A stretch of 64,000 nucleotides of DNA. Source: Eledone cirrhosa. Lineage: Eukaryota. The notes under the pieces are model-generated. The model ran no database searches. It was not told the origin of the DNA and saw nothing but the letters and a program-made list of their open reading frames with translations. The position numbers were made by a program, and so were the translations under genes. This document shows positions 15,390 to 27,510 of the stretch, piece after piece (within the stretch, counting starts at the first letter, position 1; each line of letters begins with the position of its first letter). The stretch lies in NCBI GenBank assembly GCA_964016885.1, contig OZ024741.1:128278001-128342000 (forward strand). The letters run 5' to 3'.

Positions 15390-15437
<48 letters not shown>

Positions 15438-15441
<4 letters not shown>

Positions 15442-15790
15442 CTTCCTCCCGTTAGACCTATGCGAAATTCCTTCCTTGCTCACATTTCAACCAGGTTTTG
15501 ATGGTCTTTATTCTCTCGTTCACGATTTCACCGAATTTAAATTCATAGAAATTTGGGATTTGTCCTCCTTCTTCCTCACTTTCTGTTGCTTCACCATTTT
15601 GTTTGTTTACACTCGCGTCCCCTTTATTTACGTGTCCCAACGACTTTTTTTAGCCGTTGCTCACACCAACCGGAAGGTATATGGTCTTTAAAGCGATGAA
15701 ATGCCTATGATGGTTGGAAGATCACTGATGAAGGACAAACTTTTTTCATATGTAACCCATTTGCAACTCCGCAGGCGCCCTTATTATCAT
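15438..15790 (+). mobile_element. Fragment of a TG...CA bounded repeat showing an end-TA-start junction
   Basis: Matches 53214-53800 in reverse; ...ACTTTTTTCA-TA-TGTAACCC at 15741-15758. Confidence 0.55.
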
Positions 15791-15896
15791 ATATATATAT
15801 ATATATACATAAAATCAAAGAGGATACATTTAATGAATTTATCTGGGCTACGAGGAAAAGTTAGGTGAATTTTGTCTGTCTGGCCTTCACACTTAC

Positions 15897-15948
<52 letters not shown>

Positions 15949-16197
15949 TTAAACATTCTATATATATATTATATATATATATATATATAGAATGTTTAAG
16001 TATCGAGAGAGAGAAAAAAGGAAAGATAAGCGATACATATATTTTTAGTTGCCAATAGTTTGTGCAAATGTGCTCAATACTTGTGCCTACAGGGTTAAAT
16101 ATTAGAAGCGTTAATATTTAGTGTGCGAGAAAATAAGCACAGCGGTTACAAAAGAAATGAATACAAAGTAGTATATACCGTTAAAACTTGTTTTAAC

Positions 16198-16249
<52 letters not shown>

Positions 16250-16252
16250 TAT

Positions 16253-16721
16253 ATATTTTAAGGGAAAATATCAAGTAGTGGATTTGAGGGGGGTGGGAAG
16301 GTGAAGTACGGGGTGGAGTTAAGATAATGGGAAGAAAGTTCTTTAAGTAGGTGGAGAGGAATTTCAAAGATAGGATTCTTTGTGCATAAAAATATAGAAA
16401 TATAGAAATAAATTTACATATATATACACGGTGCCCCAGCATGGCTCAGCCGGATGGCTGAAACAGGTAAAAGAGGTAAAAGAGTATATACATGTATGTA
16501 TGTATGTATGTATGTATGTATGTATGTATGTATGTATGTATGTATGTATGTATATGTATATATATGTAAATTTATTTCTATATTTTTATGCACAAAGAAT
16601 CCTATCTTTGAAATTCCTCTCCACCTACTTAAAGAACTTTCTTCCCATTCTCTTAACTCCACTTCGTACTTCACCTTCCCACCCCCCTCAAATCCACTAC
16701 TTGATATTTTCCCTTAAAATA
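16253..16721. repeat. ~165-bp inverted repeat pair around a SINE-like 3' fragment and (TATG)n
   Basis: 16253-16421 is the reverse complement of 16563-16721. Confidence 0.8.
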
Positions 16722-16807
16722 TCAACGACTAACTATGTCACCCGGCATTCCTTGTGATTTCTTACGAATGTAACGGTTTTTTGTCCCGCAGAATCCATTT
16801 CTACGTG

Positions 16808-16849
<42 letters not shown>

Positions 16850-17095
16850 GTGATAACAGATTATTGTAATAGGTAGTCCACTTAAGTGTAGTCCAGTTAT
16901 GGTACCCCGGGTAGTGGATGATATCTCACAAGCTCCGATGAATTGACTGGTTATAACTTTGTATTGGTGATCGAATAACATGAAAACAAGCGGGTAGCGA
17001 TCTCTAGACTTACCAGTTCAGAGAAACAATTGTCAGCAATGAGATTAAAAACATTTTTTGTATAGCAAACCGTGTCACTCTTCTTTCCTGATTTA

Positions 17096-17176
<81 letters not shown>

Positions 17177-17190
17177 TAAAATATTATTAT

Positions 17191-17240
<50 letters not shown>

Positions 17241-17274
17241 AGTATAAAAATTATTGAGGCATGCCGAGGGTTCA

Positions 17275-17299
<25 letters not shown>

Positions 17300-17313
<14 letters not shown>

Positions 17314-20200
17314 AACAAAAGATGGTTAAAAGAGTTCCATGTATTTTATTATGCGCATTTCAAAAACAAATATCATCATGCAATAATATTTGTGTTTTCA
17401 TCAGATAAAACAGGAAGACATGATATGAAGGTTAAAAAACACTTGTGGATAAGTGCAGTTTTAAATCAACATATGAAAAGTAGTTTTAGATTGATGTGTG
17501 ATATTGGAAAAATATTTTATTTTGAGGGGGGGTTGGAAAGGATGAAAAAGAGGAGGAGATGAGAGTAAAAAGTGGAGAGGGAGGAGTATAATGAGGAAGG
17601 ATGAGATAGGAGGAGAGATGGGTGATAGAGAGAGAGAGATAGCTTTTATAACTGAGAAAGATATATTGTTTTACATAGAGAGGTTGAAAACCGTTGGAAG
17701 ATAATGTATAAATTAAAAGAATTTGAAAATTAACGAAGAGAAAAATAATGTAAAGTTAAGGTTTGTATATTGAGGGGTTTAATAATATGTGCGATGAAAA
17801 GAAAATGTTAATATGTATTAAGAATAATATTTAAGGGTTTAATAACATGTGCGATGGAAAAGAAAAAGTTAATATGTATTAAGAATGATATTTAAGGGTT
17901 TAATAATATGTGCGATGGAAAGAAAATGTTGATATGTATTATTAAAAAGAACAACAGGTAATTTAAGTAAGGATATATTGTGAGATGAGCATGAATAAGT
18001 TAGATGAAAGGGAGAAAGAATAATGAATTGAGGATGAATAATCTAACGTCAAAAAAATGTTTATGTTTACGAAGGATTTTTACAAGGTGATATAGAGTAA
18101 GAATGTATTGTATTATGTAATAATTGATTCTATGTTAGGCAACAGTGAGAAAAGGTACAGATTAGGGGTTAGACATTAAAAGAAAAAGAGAAGAAAGGGA
18201 AGTGATAAATAGGAGCGATATAGAATGAGTAACAAGTATTATAGAATGTATAATAACCTTTGAAATAAGGTAGAAAGATGGGTATATTTTTAAAGAAGTG
18301 TATATATATATATGTGCCTTTGAGAAAAAGATTCTAAATTGATAAAGATTTGGATATTAGCTGTATACATTGTGGAATGTTTTGTGGAATTTATGCAAGC
18401 AGATTGAAAACAAGTCAGTGCGTCTATTTATTATAGAATCTAAATTAGATATAATGGTAATTTTTTCATTGAGACAGAGATTGCAAATTTTGGATAGAGA
18501 ACTGTTCAAGTATGCAGAAGAAACCTTCTTCCAAAAGATGCTATATTTAATATTTTTGTCTTTCAAGGACCATATGAGTTCTGAGAGAGCCGTGTTGGTT
18601 CTTTTAAGTTTGTATTTAAAAGACGAATGATGGTTATAAAGACGAGCTTTAAAAGAGGTGGAAGTGGAGCCAAAGTAGGTGAAGGAATTGGTGTCAGTTA
18701 TAACTTTACATTCGTAAATTAAGTTTTTATCAAGACAATGGTTGTTGAGAGGACATTTATTTTTAACAGGGCAATTGCAATTGCGATTAGAGAGATTATT
18801 AACGAGTGACCTAGTGTTATCTATAGAAGGAATTGGATTGGAGAAGTTATTTGCGATAGGAATAATAGTTTCTTGATTTAGAATGGGATTAAGAACATTT
18901 AGCGAAGTTGTGTTGACGTTGTATTTGGGTTTGCAGAAATTAGCCTAGGGTTTACAATGACGTCGGGAGTACTATTACTATTATTATGATATTCAGTGTT
19001 GGAAGGAAGAGATTTAGTATTTAGTATTTTATTGTTGTGTTTAGAGATAATGTTGGAAATGTTGGAGGATGTAGAATAGGAAAAATTTTATAGTGTGTTT
19101 GTTAAATATTTTACTATAGATATGTGAGGGAGGGAAGCATTTATTTAAGGCACTAAAGAATAATTTTTAGGAATATTGTTATTGATAGAGATGGAGAAAG
19201 GAGCATTATACCAGATTATGTTTTTGTATCTAGGTCTTTTATTAAAGTTATTGGAATGATCATGATTAATTATTCTACTGTAAGTTCTTCTAGAATTTGT
19301 TTCTTTACTATATTTGATTTTATCAGGATAGCCGGCTTTAGAAAGCGTGTTATTATAGTAATTGGCGTTAGCATCAAAGATGTTTTTATTAGAAGATAGG
19401 TTAGATATTCTTTTTCCAATATTACTAACTATAGCATTCTTGATATTAGTAGAATGGTTAGATTTAAAGTTAACATAATTTAGGTTCTCATTGTTTTTAT
19501 GGTAAGGGTAATATAGGCCAGTGTCAAGATTAAGAGATACATCCAAGAAATTATCTAGTTTGATGCTGTTATCAAATTCAATTTTTAGGTTATGTTGGTT
19601 AAAGAGATTACGTATATTGTTCTTAATAATATTAAGGTTAACTATGTTGCAATTTAAGATAGTAAAGAGTCCATCGTCACGATAAATTCCACCGCGAAGT
19701 TGAGGAATTTTCCGACTCAAAGAGTTCAAAATAAAGATACCAATTAAATCTGTCAATTTGGATGAATCGGATGCTCCCATTGTGATGTCGAAGATGTTAG
19801 AGGTATCGGCTCTGGTCCAATATTCGTTGTTGAACTCTAGGATGGTTTTACGTGCGGTGAGAATGATGTGAAGTTCATCTGTGGTGATGAGAATATTTAA
19901 GTGCGAAAGATAGAGCATTATTGAGAAGTGAAGGCGAGAAATAGAAGAATAGTAGCTGGCAATATCAAATTGAACAAATTTTAGTTTGTTTTTATTATTC
20001 AATTTGTTGAACCAGCTAATCACTTCAGAAGTACCAAACCATAAATTTAGGTTCAAAGAAGAGCAATTAGAACGAACCTGTGGGATAATTCTATCCAAGA
20101 TGGCTTTACTAACAACCCCCAGATCTGATTTAGAGGGGGCGATTAATCTAATAGGTAGTTCAGTGCGAAAATTGTTTTTGTGATCCTTGAGATTTCTCCT
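17300..20200 (-). mobile_element. Penelope-like element (Naiad-type) RT plus GIY-YIG endonuclease, 5'-truncated, frameshifted
   Basis: LKDHKNNF..RLIAPSKSDLG, QFDIASYYSSI, MGASDS, YRDDGL, DNFLDV; linker CNCPVKNKCPLNNHC, LIYECKV..YFGST..FKARLYNH, CNLCLNEK..CLH; long 3' region with an HHR. Confidence 0.92.
17344..17410 (-). ncRNA. Type I hammerhead ribozyme in the PLE 3' pLTR
   Basis: Reverse complement reads TTTTAT CTGATGA AAACACAAATAT...ATATTTGTTTTT GAAA TGCGCA TA ATAAAA. Confidence 0.82.
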
Positions 20201-20239
20201 CGGAGTTGCTTTATTGTACTACAATAAAACTCACCTCCT

Positions 20240-20279
<40 letters not shown>

Positions 20280-20281
<2 letters not shown>

Positions 20282-20471
20282 CAGTGTACCCGCGTCATTT
20301 GCGGTCCCAGTTATTCGCGGAATTTTCCTTAGAATCTTAGAACTAATAATTGTTCGTGGAAACCACCGCATTTTAAAAATTATTTTTTACGTTATATTTC
20401 GATGTGTATAGACATTTTTATGACCACGTCAAATATTCGTGGTTTTCCACTCTTCGCGGAGGACAACTGTA
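20280..20471. mobile_element. pogo/Tigger-like MITE
   Basis: TA-CAGTGTACCCGCG ... CGCGGAGGACAACTG-TA imperfect TIRs. Confidence 0.5.
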
Positions 20472-20726
20472 TATATATATATATATATTTACACACATGA
20501 TCTTTTTCTTAAATATAAAAATGTTTCTTCCTCTTCCCTGTCCTCTATATTTCTATTCTTTTATTTCACATTCTATCTTCTGATAAAAGACTAGAGTTGG
20601 AAATGTTAGGATTCTTTACCTATAATATCGAATGTTAAATTAATATACAACTTCATTACACTGCATCGTTTGTTGTGTTCTTTTTTCGTTTACTTTTCGT
20701 GCATACATACACATATATACGCGCGC

Positions 20727-20877
<151 letters not shown>

Positions 20878-21567
20878 ATCAGTTAATCAGAAGAAAGGGC
20901 AGCACCCATGATCCATATTTTTCAGGGCTTCCAAGCAGTGGAGTGCAGAGGTTTGGTGATGGCTTGGAGTCAACTAGTTGATTGCATGCCCTTAAAACTC
21001 AAGTATGTGGGTCTAGTAATGAGAAATGTGAACGAGGAAGATATTTTGAATATGTAAAAACAGACGCAACATGAAATAAACACTTTATTTAAAGTAATTT
21101 AAAATCAGCCACGTTTATTAAATCTGGTCTCCAGCCAGAAAACAAGTATACATGTCTTAGACTAAGTATAAACATCGACTTTCAATTAATACAGTAAGAC
21201 ATTTTTAACGGAAACTCTAACAATTCGACCAATTCGATATGTTAGTGCGTGTATATGTATGCGTCTGTGAGTGTGTATGTGTGTATATGTGTGCTATGCG
21301 TGCGTGTCTATGTGTGCATGTATGTGTGTATACGTGTGTATATGTGCGTATGTGTACGTGTGTGTGTATGTGTTTATGTTTGTTATTACGTGTGTACGAG
21401 TGGTTACGTGTCCGTGTGTGTGTGGATATATGTATGTGATTTGTGAGTATATGTACGTGTATATACGTGTATATACGTGTATATACGTGTATATACGTGT
21501 GTATGTGTGGACATCATTAAAACAATACTACCACTACTGGCATCACAACAAGAACAATAATAATAAT

Positions 21568-21742
21568 AATTGTTTCTACTTTTGGCACAAGGCCAGCAAT
21601 TACCCAGTGCATTACTGGTACTTTATTTTATCGACCCCGTAAGGATGAAAGGCAAAATTAACCTCGGCGGGATTTGAACTCAGAAGGTAAAGGGCCGTAA
21701 CTCTATGCTGTAAAGCACGGTGTCTGGCCCTCTACCGATACT
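21568..21742 (-). mobile_element. tRNA-derived SINE
   Basis: Same family motifs; (AAT)n on both sides. Confidence 0.85.
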
Positions 21743-21889
21743 AATAATAATAATCCTAACTCACCTACCTACCTGCCTACATACCTCCACCTACCGACCT
21801 ACCTCTCTCTATATCCACCTACGTATCACCCTATCAACACATTAACGAAACTCCATTATCATCATCATCATCATCATCATCATATTCGC

Positions 21890-21923
<34 letters not shown>

Positions 21924-22022
21924 GCCATCATATAACCCCCTATCCCTCCTACAATACCATCGTCTTCTGATTATTCTCAAGGGCTTGTTGGAGATCTCTT
22001 CTACCCTGTCCTTGTCTCTGTG

Positions 22023-22055
<33 letters not shown>

Positions 22056-22079
22056 GTACATCTCACATAGGAATATATG

Positions 22080-22173
<94 letters not shown>

Positions 22174-22532
22174 TGCAGGTGTGTGTGTGTAAGTGTGTAT
22201 ATGATTGTGTGATTGTATGTATGTAAGAGTGCTTCTGTATGTGCTTGTGTGATTGTGTGTATGTGTATGTGTGCGTATCTGTGTGTGTGTGTGTGTGTGC
22301 GTATGTGTGTGTGTGTACGTGTGTACGTACGTGTGTGTGTGCGTTGTATTTATCAGAAAGAGTGAATCTTAGGACACGTCTGGCAATATTAATTCAGTGA
22401 TAATCGCCAGGAGCTGTGTTCCTGTATTTTAACATGTTACATAGAAAGAAAACTGATAGAGGGGGGGGGGGGGATAAAGAGAAAGTAAAGAGTAACAGAG
22501 AATGACAGAGAGAGAAAACTATATATAATGCA

Positions 22533-22606
<74 letters not shown>

Positions 22607-22702
22607 TACACATATATATATATATACATATATACATATATACATATATATATATATACATATATATATAAATGCAAATATATATATGTATACACATATA
22701 TG

Positions 22703-22755
<53 letters not shown>

Positions 22756-22921
22756 GTATACACACACACATATATATATATATATATGTATACATATATA
22801 TATATATACATATATATACATATATACATATATATACATATATACACACACATATATATATATACACACACATACACACACATATATATATGTATACACA
22901 CACATATATAAATATATATGT

Positions 22922-22968
<47 letters not shown>

Positions 22969-23493
22969 CACATATATATATATACACACACATACACACA
23001 CACACATATATATAAATATATATACATACATACATACATACATACATACATACATACAAGCATACATATATATACATACATACATACATAAATCAGGGTT
23101 GCCACTGTAGGTGTAAAAATTGTATGCATGTACACATACTCCAACACACACACACAGGCATAGAGAGGCCCACATACACCCACAAACGGTGCCATCTTGG
23201 CATGTATATGAATAATTTATTGTGCTCCCCCTTATGACGTGTACCGTGTTAAATTGCGATGACGCCGAAATGTAAATATTTAGCTTTGCGTGCACGCGCG
23301 GAGCTGTGTCAGAGTAAGGGATGTGGCTTATGCATACATATAATTTGTTGTAATTGCGTGTGTATGTATACCACACACACACAAACACAGACACACGCAC
23401 ACACAAACACACACACACTCTCTTTATATATATATAGTTATATATATATATATTGTATATAAATATATATATATACACATAATACATACATAT

Positions 23494-23524
<31 letters not shown>

Positions 23525-23543
23525 CATACATACATACATATAC

Positions 23544-23600
<57 letters not shown>

Positions 23601-23642
23601 TGGATGAATGTATGTATTTACGTATATATAGATATTTATGCC

Positions 23643-23736
<94 letters not shown>

Positions 23737-23739
23737 TAT

Positions 23740-24071
23740 ATTAATTCAAAATATTAACAAAATAGATATTCTTGTGATCAAGTATATTTTATTATATATA
23801 TTTCAGAGGTACTGAATTAAGTTCAACAGTACGTCCTCATCAGATAAAATAAGATGATGCATGACATTCCCTGACATAGTAGATGGTTAAGATTCAGTCA
23901 TGGTAGTCTTAACCATGAATCTTAAGTCAGGGTATGTCAGGGTATGTCATGCATCATCTTATTTTATCTGATGAGGACGTTCTGTTGAACTTAACTCAGT
24001 ACCTCTGAAATATGTATAATAAAATATACTTGATCACAAGAATATCTATTTTGTTAATATTTTGAATTAAT
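23740..24071. mobile_element. Penelope-type inverted pLTR remnant with divergent hammerhead motifs
   Basis: ~135-bp inverted arms; + arm ATTTTAT CTGATGA(23968)...GAAA TATGTA TA ATAAAAT. Confidence 0.75.
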
Positions 24072-24164
24072 ATTAATAACTCTGGAAAACCTTTTCTCGT
24101 TGAGTGCTTCCAATCTATTGTAAAATTTATTATTTGATGTATTCATTGAACCTTGTTTAACTTT

Positions 24165-24242
<78 letters not shown>

Positions 24243-24293
24243 ATCTTGCTGTCAAAACGGCCGGAGCTCACCCGTCGTGGTCCTGACTCTTTT

Positions 24294-24328
<35 letters not shown>

Positions 24329-24331
<3 letters not shown>

Positions 24332-24524
24332 AAAATGTTCAACACCCCGACGGCAGAGCTCAAGCCGTTTCGACGGGTATTTCTGGAGTCCAGAAATAGC
24401 CGTCGAAACGGCTTGAGCTCTGCTGTCGGGGTCCTGAACATTTTCCTATTACCCACTCTACCACCTTAAGTAATGAGTACTCTGGTGCATTATGGTCCAC
24501 CTGGTTCCTTACCACACTTCCTTC

Positions 24525-24529
<5 letters not shown>
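24329..24529 (+). mobile_element. Fold-back element (family also at 54037, 54380, 55075)
   Basis: ~120-bp palindrome containing GAAACGGCTTGAGCTCTGCTGTCGGGG followed by a shared ~80-bp tail; lies in (TA)n. Confidence 0.7.
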
Positions 24530-24572
<43 letters not shown>

Positions 24573-24987
24573 ACACAAGTATCAAAGTTATGTTTAAAAC
24601 ATTTAATCGCTGACAATTGTTTCTTCCAAACTTAGGCTTGAGGTCCTCGGAGCATTATCAATGTTTGTACATATAATTAACCTCCTATTCAACTGAAGAA
24701 TCATACAGATACATATATATTGATGTTGTGGACAACAGTTTCATGTTTACATTATATATGTACTAACGCATGTACTATCTCTCTAATTTAATTATTAGAC
24801 TATTCTCTCGTATTATCTGTATTATCTGACGCATTATTCCACCCTATGCTTTTAATTTTAATTTTAATTTTAATTTTAATCTTAATTTGAATTATTGTAC
24901 AACTCTCGTATAATATAATTTATGTCGCATCCATTCCACACTGTAAACATGAAACTGTTGTCCACAACATCAATATATATGTATCTG

Positions 24988-25081
<94 letters not shown>

Positions 25082-25345
25082 CTAAGGCGGGTAAAATTCC
25101 CGAGATCCATGGACGAGTTCTCTCCAGCGGTCTCTGTCCCTCATTATCGCTGCCATGTCCTGCATCTCCAACAGACCAGTGTCTGTCCTTAGGGCATCAA
25201 CATACGTTAACCTTGGTCTTCCTCTTCTAGTGTGTCCATGTAGGGGCTCCCAAAGGAGTACTGAGTGCAATGTCAACTCTGGATGTCGGTGAGCATGTCC
25301 AGCTAACCCCAGTCTCCTCTGTGTCACTTTTGAGCTGACTTTTGG
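25082..25345 (-). pseudogene. RTE-X LINE 3' fragment
   Basis: RRLGLAGHAHRHPE..VLLWEPLHG..RRGRPRLTYVD..MRDRDRWR. Confidence 0.85.
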
Positions 25346-25376
25346 GATATATATATATATACATATATATGTGTAT

Positions 25377-26270
25377 ACGAGAGTGGGTTGAAAAGTTGAC
25401 TATAAAGGAGTGATGCTAGAACTGTGAATCTTGCTTACTTTCATTTCAGCTCTTCTAATTCATAACTGCATTATTTCTTTCCAAGTAAACTAACATCTGA
25501 CTATTCAAAGAAGAATTCGAAAGAAACTAGTAGTGCTACTTTTGAAAATGGACAATAATTTGGCATCGTGGTATTATGAAGGACCTGAAGGAAATGGGTT
25601 TAGGCTCCAAGGACATTCATACCAACAAAGTTGCGACATTAGTTGATATCAGTCCAGCTTTATCAACAGTGTAAAGTGGGCAGCTAGATTTTGGAGGGGA
25701 AGGGAGAGTCTTGAAGATGACCCAAGATCTTGGCGTTCTGCAACTTTATCGATAAAAACATTGATCGCGTTCACCACATGGTGATGGATGACAGGTGATT
25801 GTCTATAAATCAAATAGTCAATGCTATTAGAATATCCCGTGAAAGAATTGAGAATATTCTGAACAAGGAGCTAGGCATGAGGAATGTTTCTACTCGGTGG
25901 GTGCCACGTCTTCTGGCACCTGATCAAAAGCACACCAAAACAGATCACATCACGGGTAAATCTGACATTGTTTGAGGCAGATCCAGTTGGTTCTTTGAAC
26001 CTTTCCTAACACATTTTGAAACAGAGACAAAGAGACAATTCAAGCAATGGAAATTTCCCTGCTCATCTGCTCCAAAGAAGGCTAAGGTTGTTTCCTCTGC
26101 AGGGAAGGTGATAGCTTCAGAATTTTGGTACGTAAAGGTCATTGTTTATTGACTATCTTCAAAAGGGCCACACTATCAATGGAAAGCACTATGCCAACTT
26201 GCTGATGCAGTTATGAAATGCTATCAAGACCAAATGCCCAGGAAAACTGACGAAAAAGAACTGTGTATGT
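25377..26270 (+). pseudogene. Decayed mariner transposon (transposase with stops, frameshifts and deletions)
   Basis: TACGAG start; [62 protein letters not shown]. Confidence 0.9.
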
Positions 26271-26359
26271 TCATAATACATAAACATATTGTATATGTTT
26301 TTAAATGCACTTCTGCTACACAAATAAATATATACTCAAACACACACACCACACACATA

Positions 26360-26440
<81 letters not shown>

Positions 26441-26452
26441 TATATATATACA

Positions 26453-26489
<37 letters not shown>

Positions 26490-26497
26490 TAAATATA

Positions 26498-26564
<67 letters not shown>

Positions 26565-26571
26565 TATATAG

Positions 26572-26604
<33 letters not shown>

Positions 26605-26884
26605 ATGTATGTATGTATATATACAGAACATATTGGGGGGATGGAAATAATTGGAGATAGTTAATTACAGAGACGCTGACATACAGACAAACAGATATAT
26701 ACACAGATAGATAGATAAGTTGGCCTATAGGTTAGTAAGTCTATTTATCGATCAAGTAACAATCTATCATTTTATTTAATTATATATGAACCTCCCTATC
26801 TAATTATCTCTTCTAAGTTCGTGATTGTATTTTGTGTTCTGTTTTAGATTGGCTCTTATATGATATATCTAATGTGGAGATAAG

Positions 26885-27020
26885 CAACGAATTGGCAGAG
26901 TCGTTAGAACGTCGGATAGAATGCTTTATGGTATTCGTTCTGGCTCTCTGCTCTCTGAGTTCAAATCCCGCCTTTCAACCTTTCGGGGTCGATAAAAAAA
27001 GTACCAGTCTAGTTCTGGGG
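26885..27020 (+). mobile_element. Degenerate tRNA-SINE
   Basis: TGGCAGAGTCG, GAGTTCAAATCC, CCTTTCGGGGTCGATAAAA. Confidence 0.7.
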
Positions 27021-27209
27021 TGGATTCTTCTTCTATATCTCTTTCTCATTCCTCTCTATTTTCATCTGGAAGAAATCTGCTGTACTCGGGCCTGGCGAGG
27101 GATGGGCTCTGCTAGGCTTAAAATGCCCCCAAAGCGCTGTATGTCAATACGACACCCCTACAACTCTATCAGGATTTACGGGACCACACCATACCACCAA
27201 TGTGGAGAA

Positions 27210-27510
27210 GCAGCATGATCGAATGGTTATAAAGTTTGCTTTGCTATCATTGGGTCTCGGATTCGATCTGACTGCAGGACAAGTATGATTTACCATAGTT
27301 TCGGGTTGACCAAATCTTTGTGAATGAAATTGGGTGGACTGTACCTGTAATAAAAAGAGCCAACCATATCATACAGTCCGTCACATTGAATCTTTCTGAG
27401 AATTAGGTTAAATGTACACGTGTCTGTTGAATGTTCAGCCAATTACATGTTAATTCCAATAAGAAGCTATTTCATCGAATAACTGGAGTACTCATCGTCG
27501 AAACCGATGG
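27210..27510 (+). mobile_element. Old SINE of a second family (related fragments at ~6780-7020 and ~12160-12320)
   Basis: Degenerate tRNA-like head (GCATGATCGAATGGTTA...GGATTCGATC) and shared GTACCTGTAAT/TCACATTGAATCT segments. Confidence 0.45.

Larger units (their letters stand above)
13037..15395 (+). mobile_element. Retrozyme-like tandem array A: ~467-bp unit; one inverted partial copy (13037-13444), 4 full copies and ~80 bp
   Basis: AACTTAATTG unit marker at 13443, 13910, 14378, 14846, 15314; every unit holds a type I hammerhead; flanked by (TA)n. Confidence 0.9.

Noticed and set aside
18357-18790. Selenocysteine (in-frame TGA) recoding as described for some Naiad PLEs
   Set aside because: The Cys positions I translated in the linker and endonuclease are ordinary TGC/TGT codons
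22394-23815. Long YI/CV/HT-repeat ORFs here and throughout the window
   Set aside because: Translations of (TA)n, (TG)n and (TACA)n microsatellites
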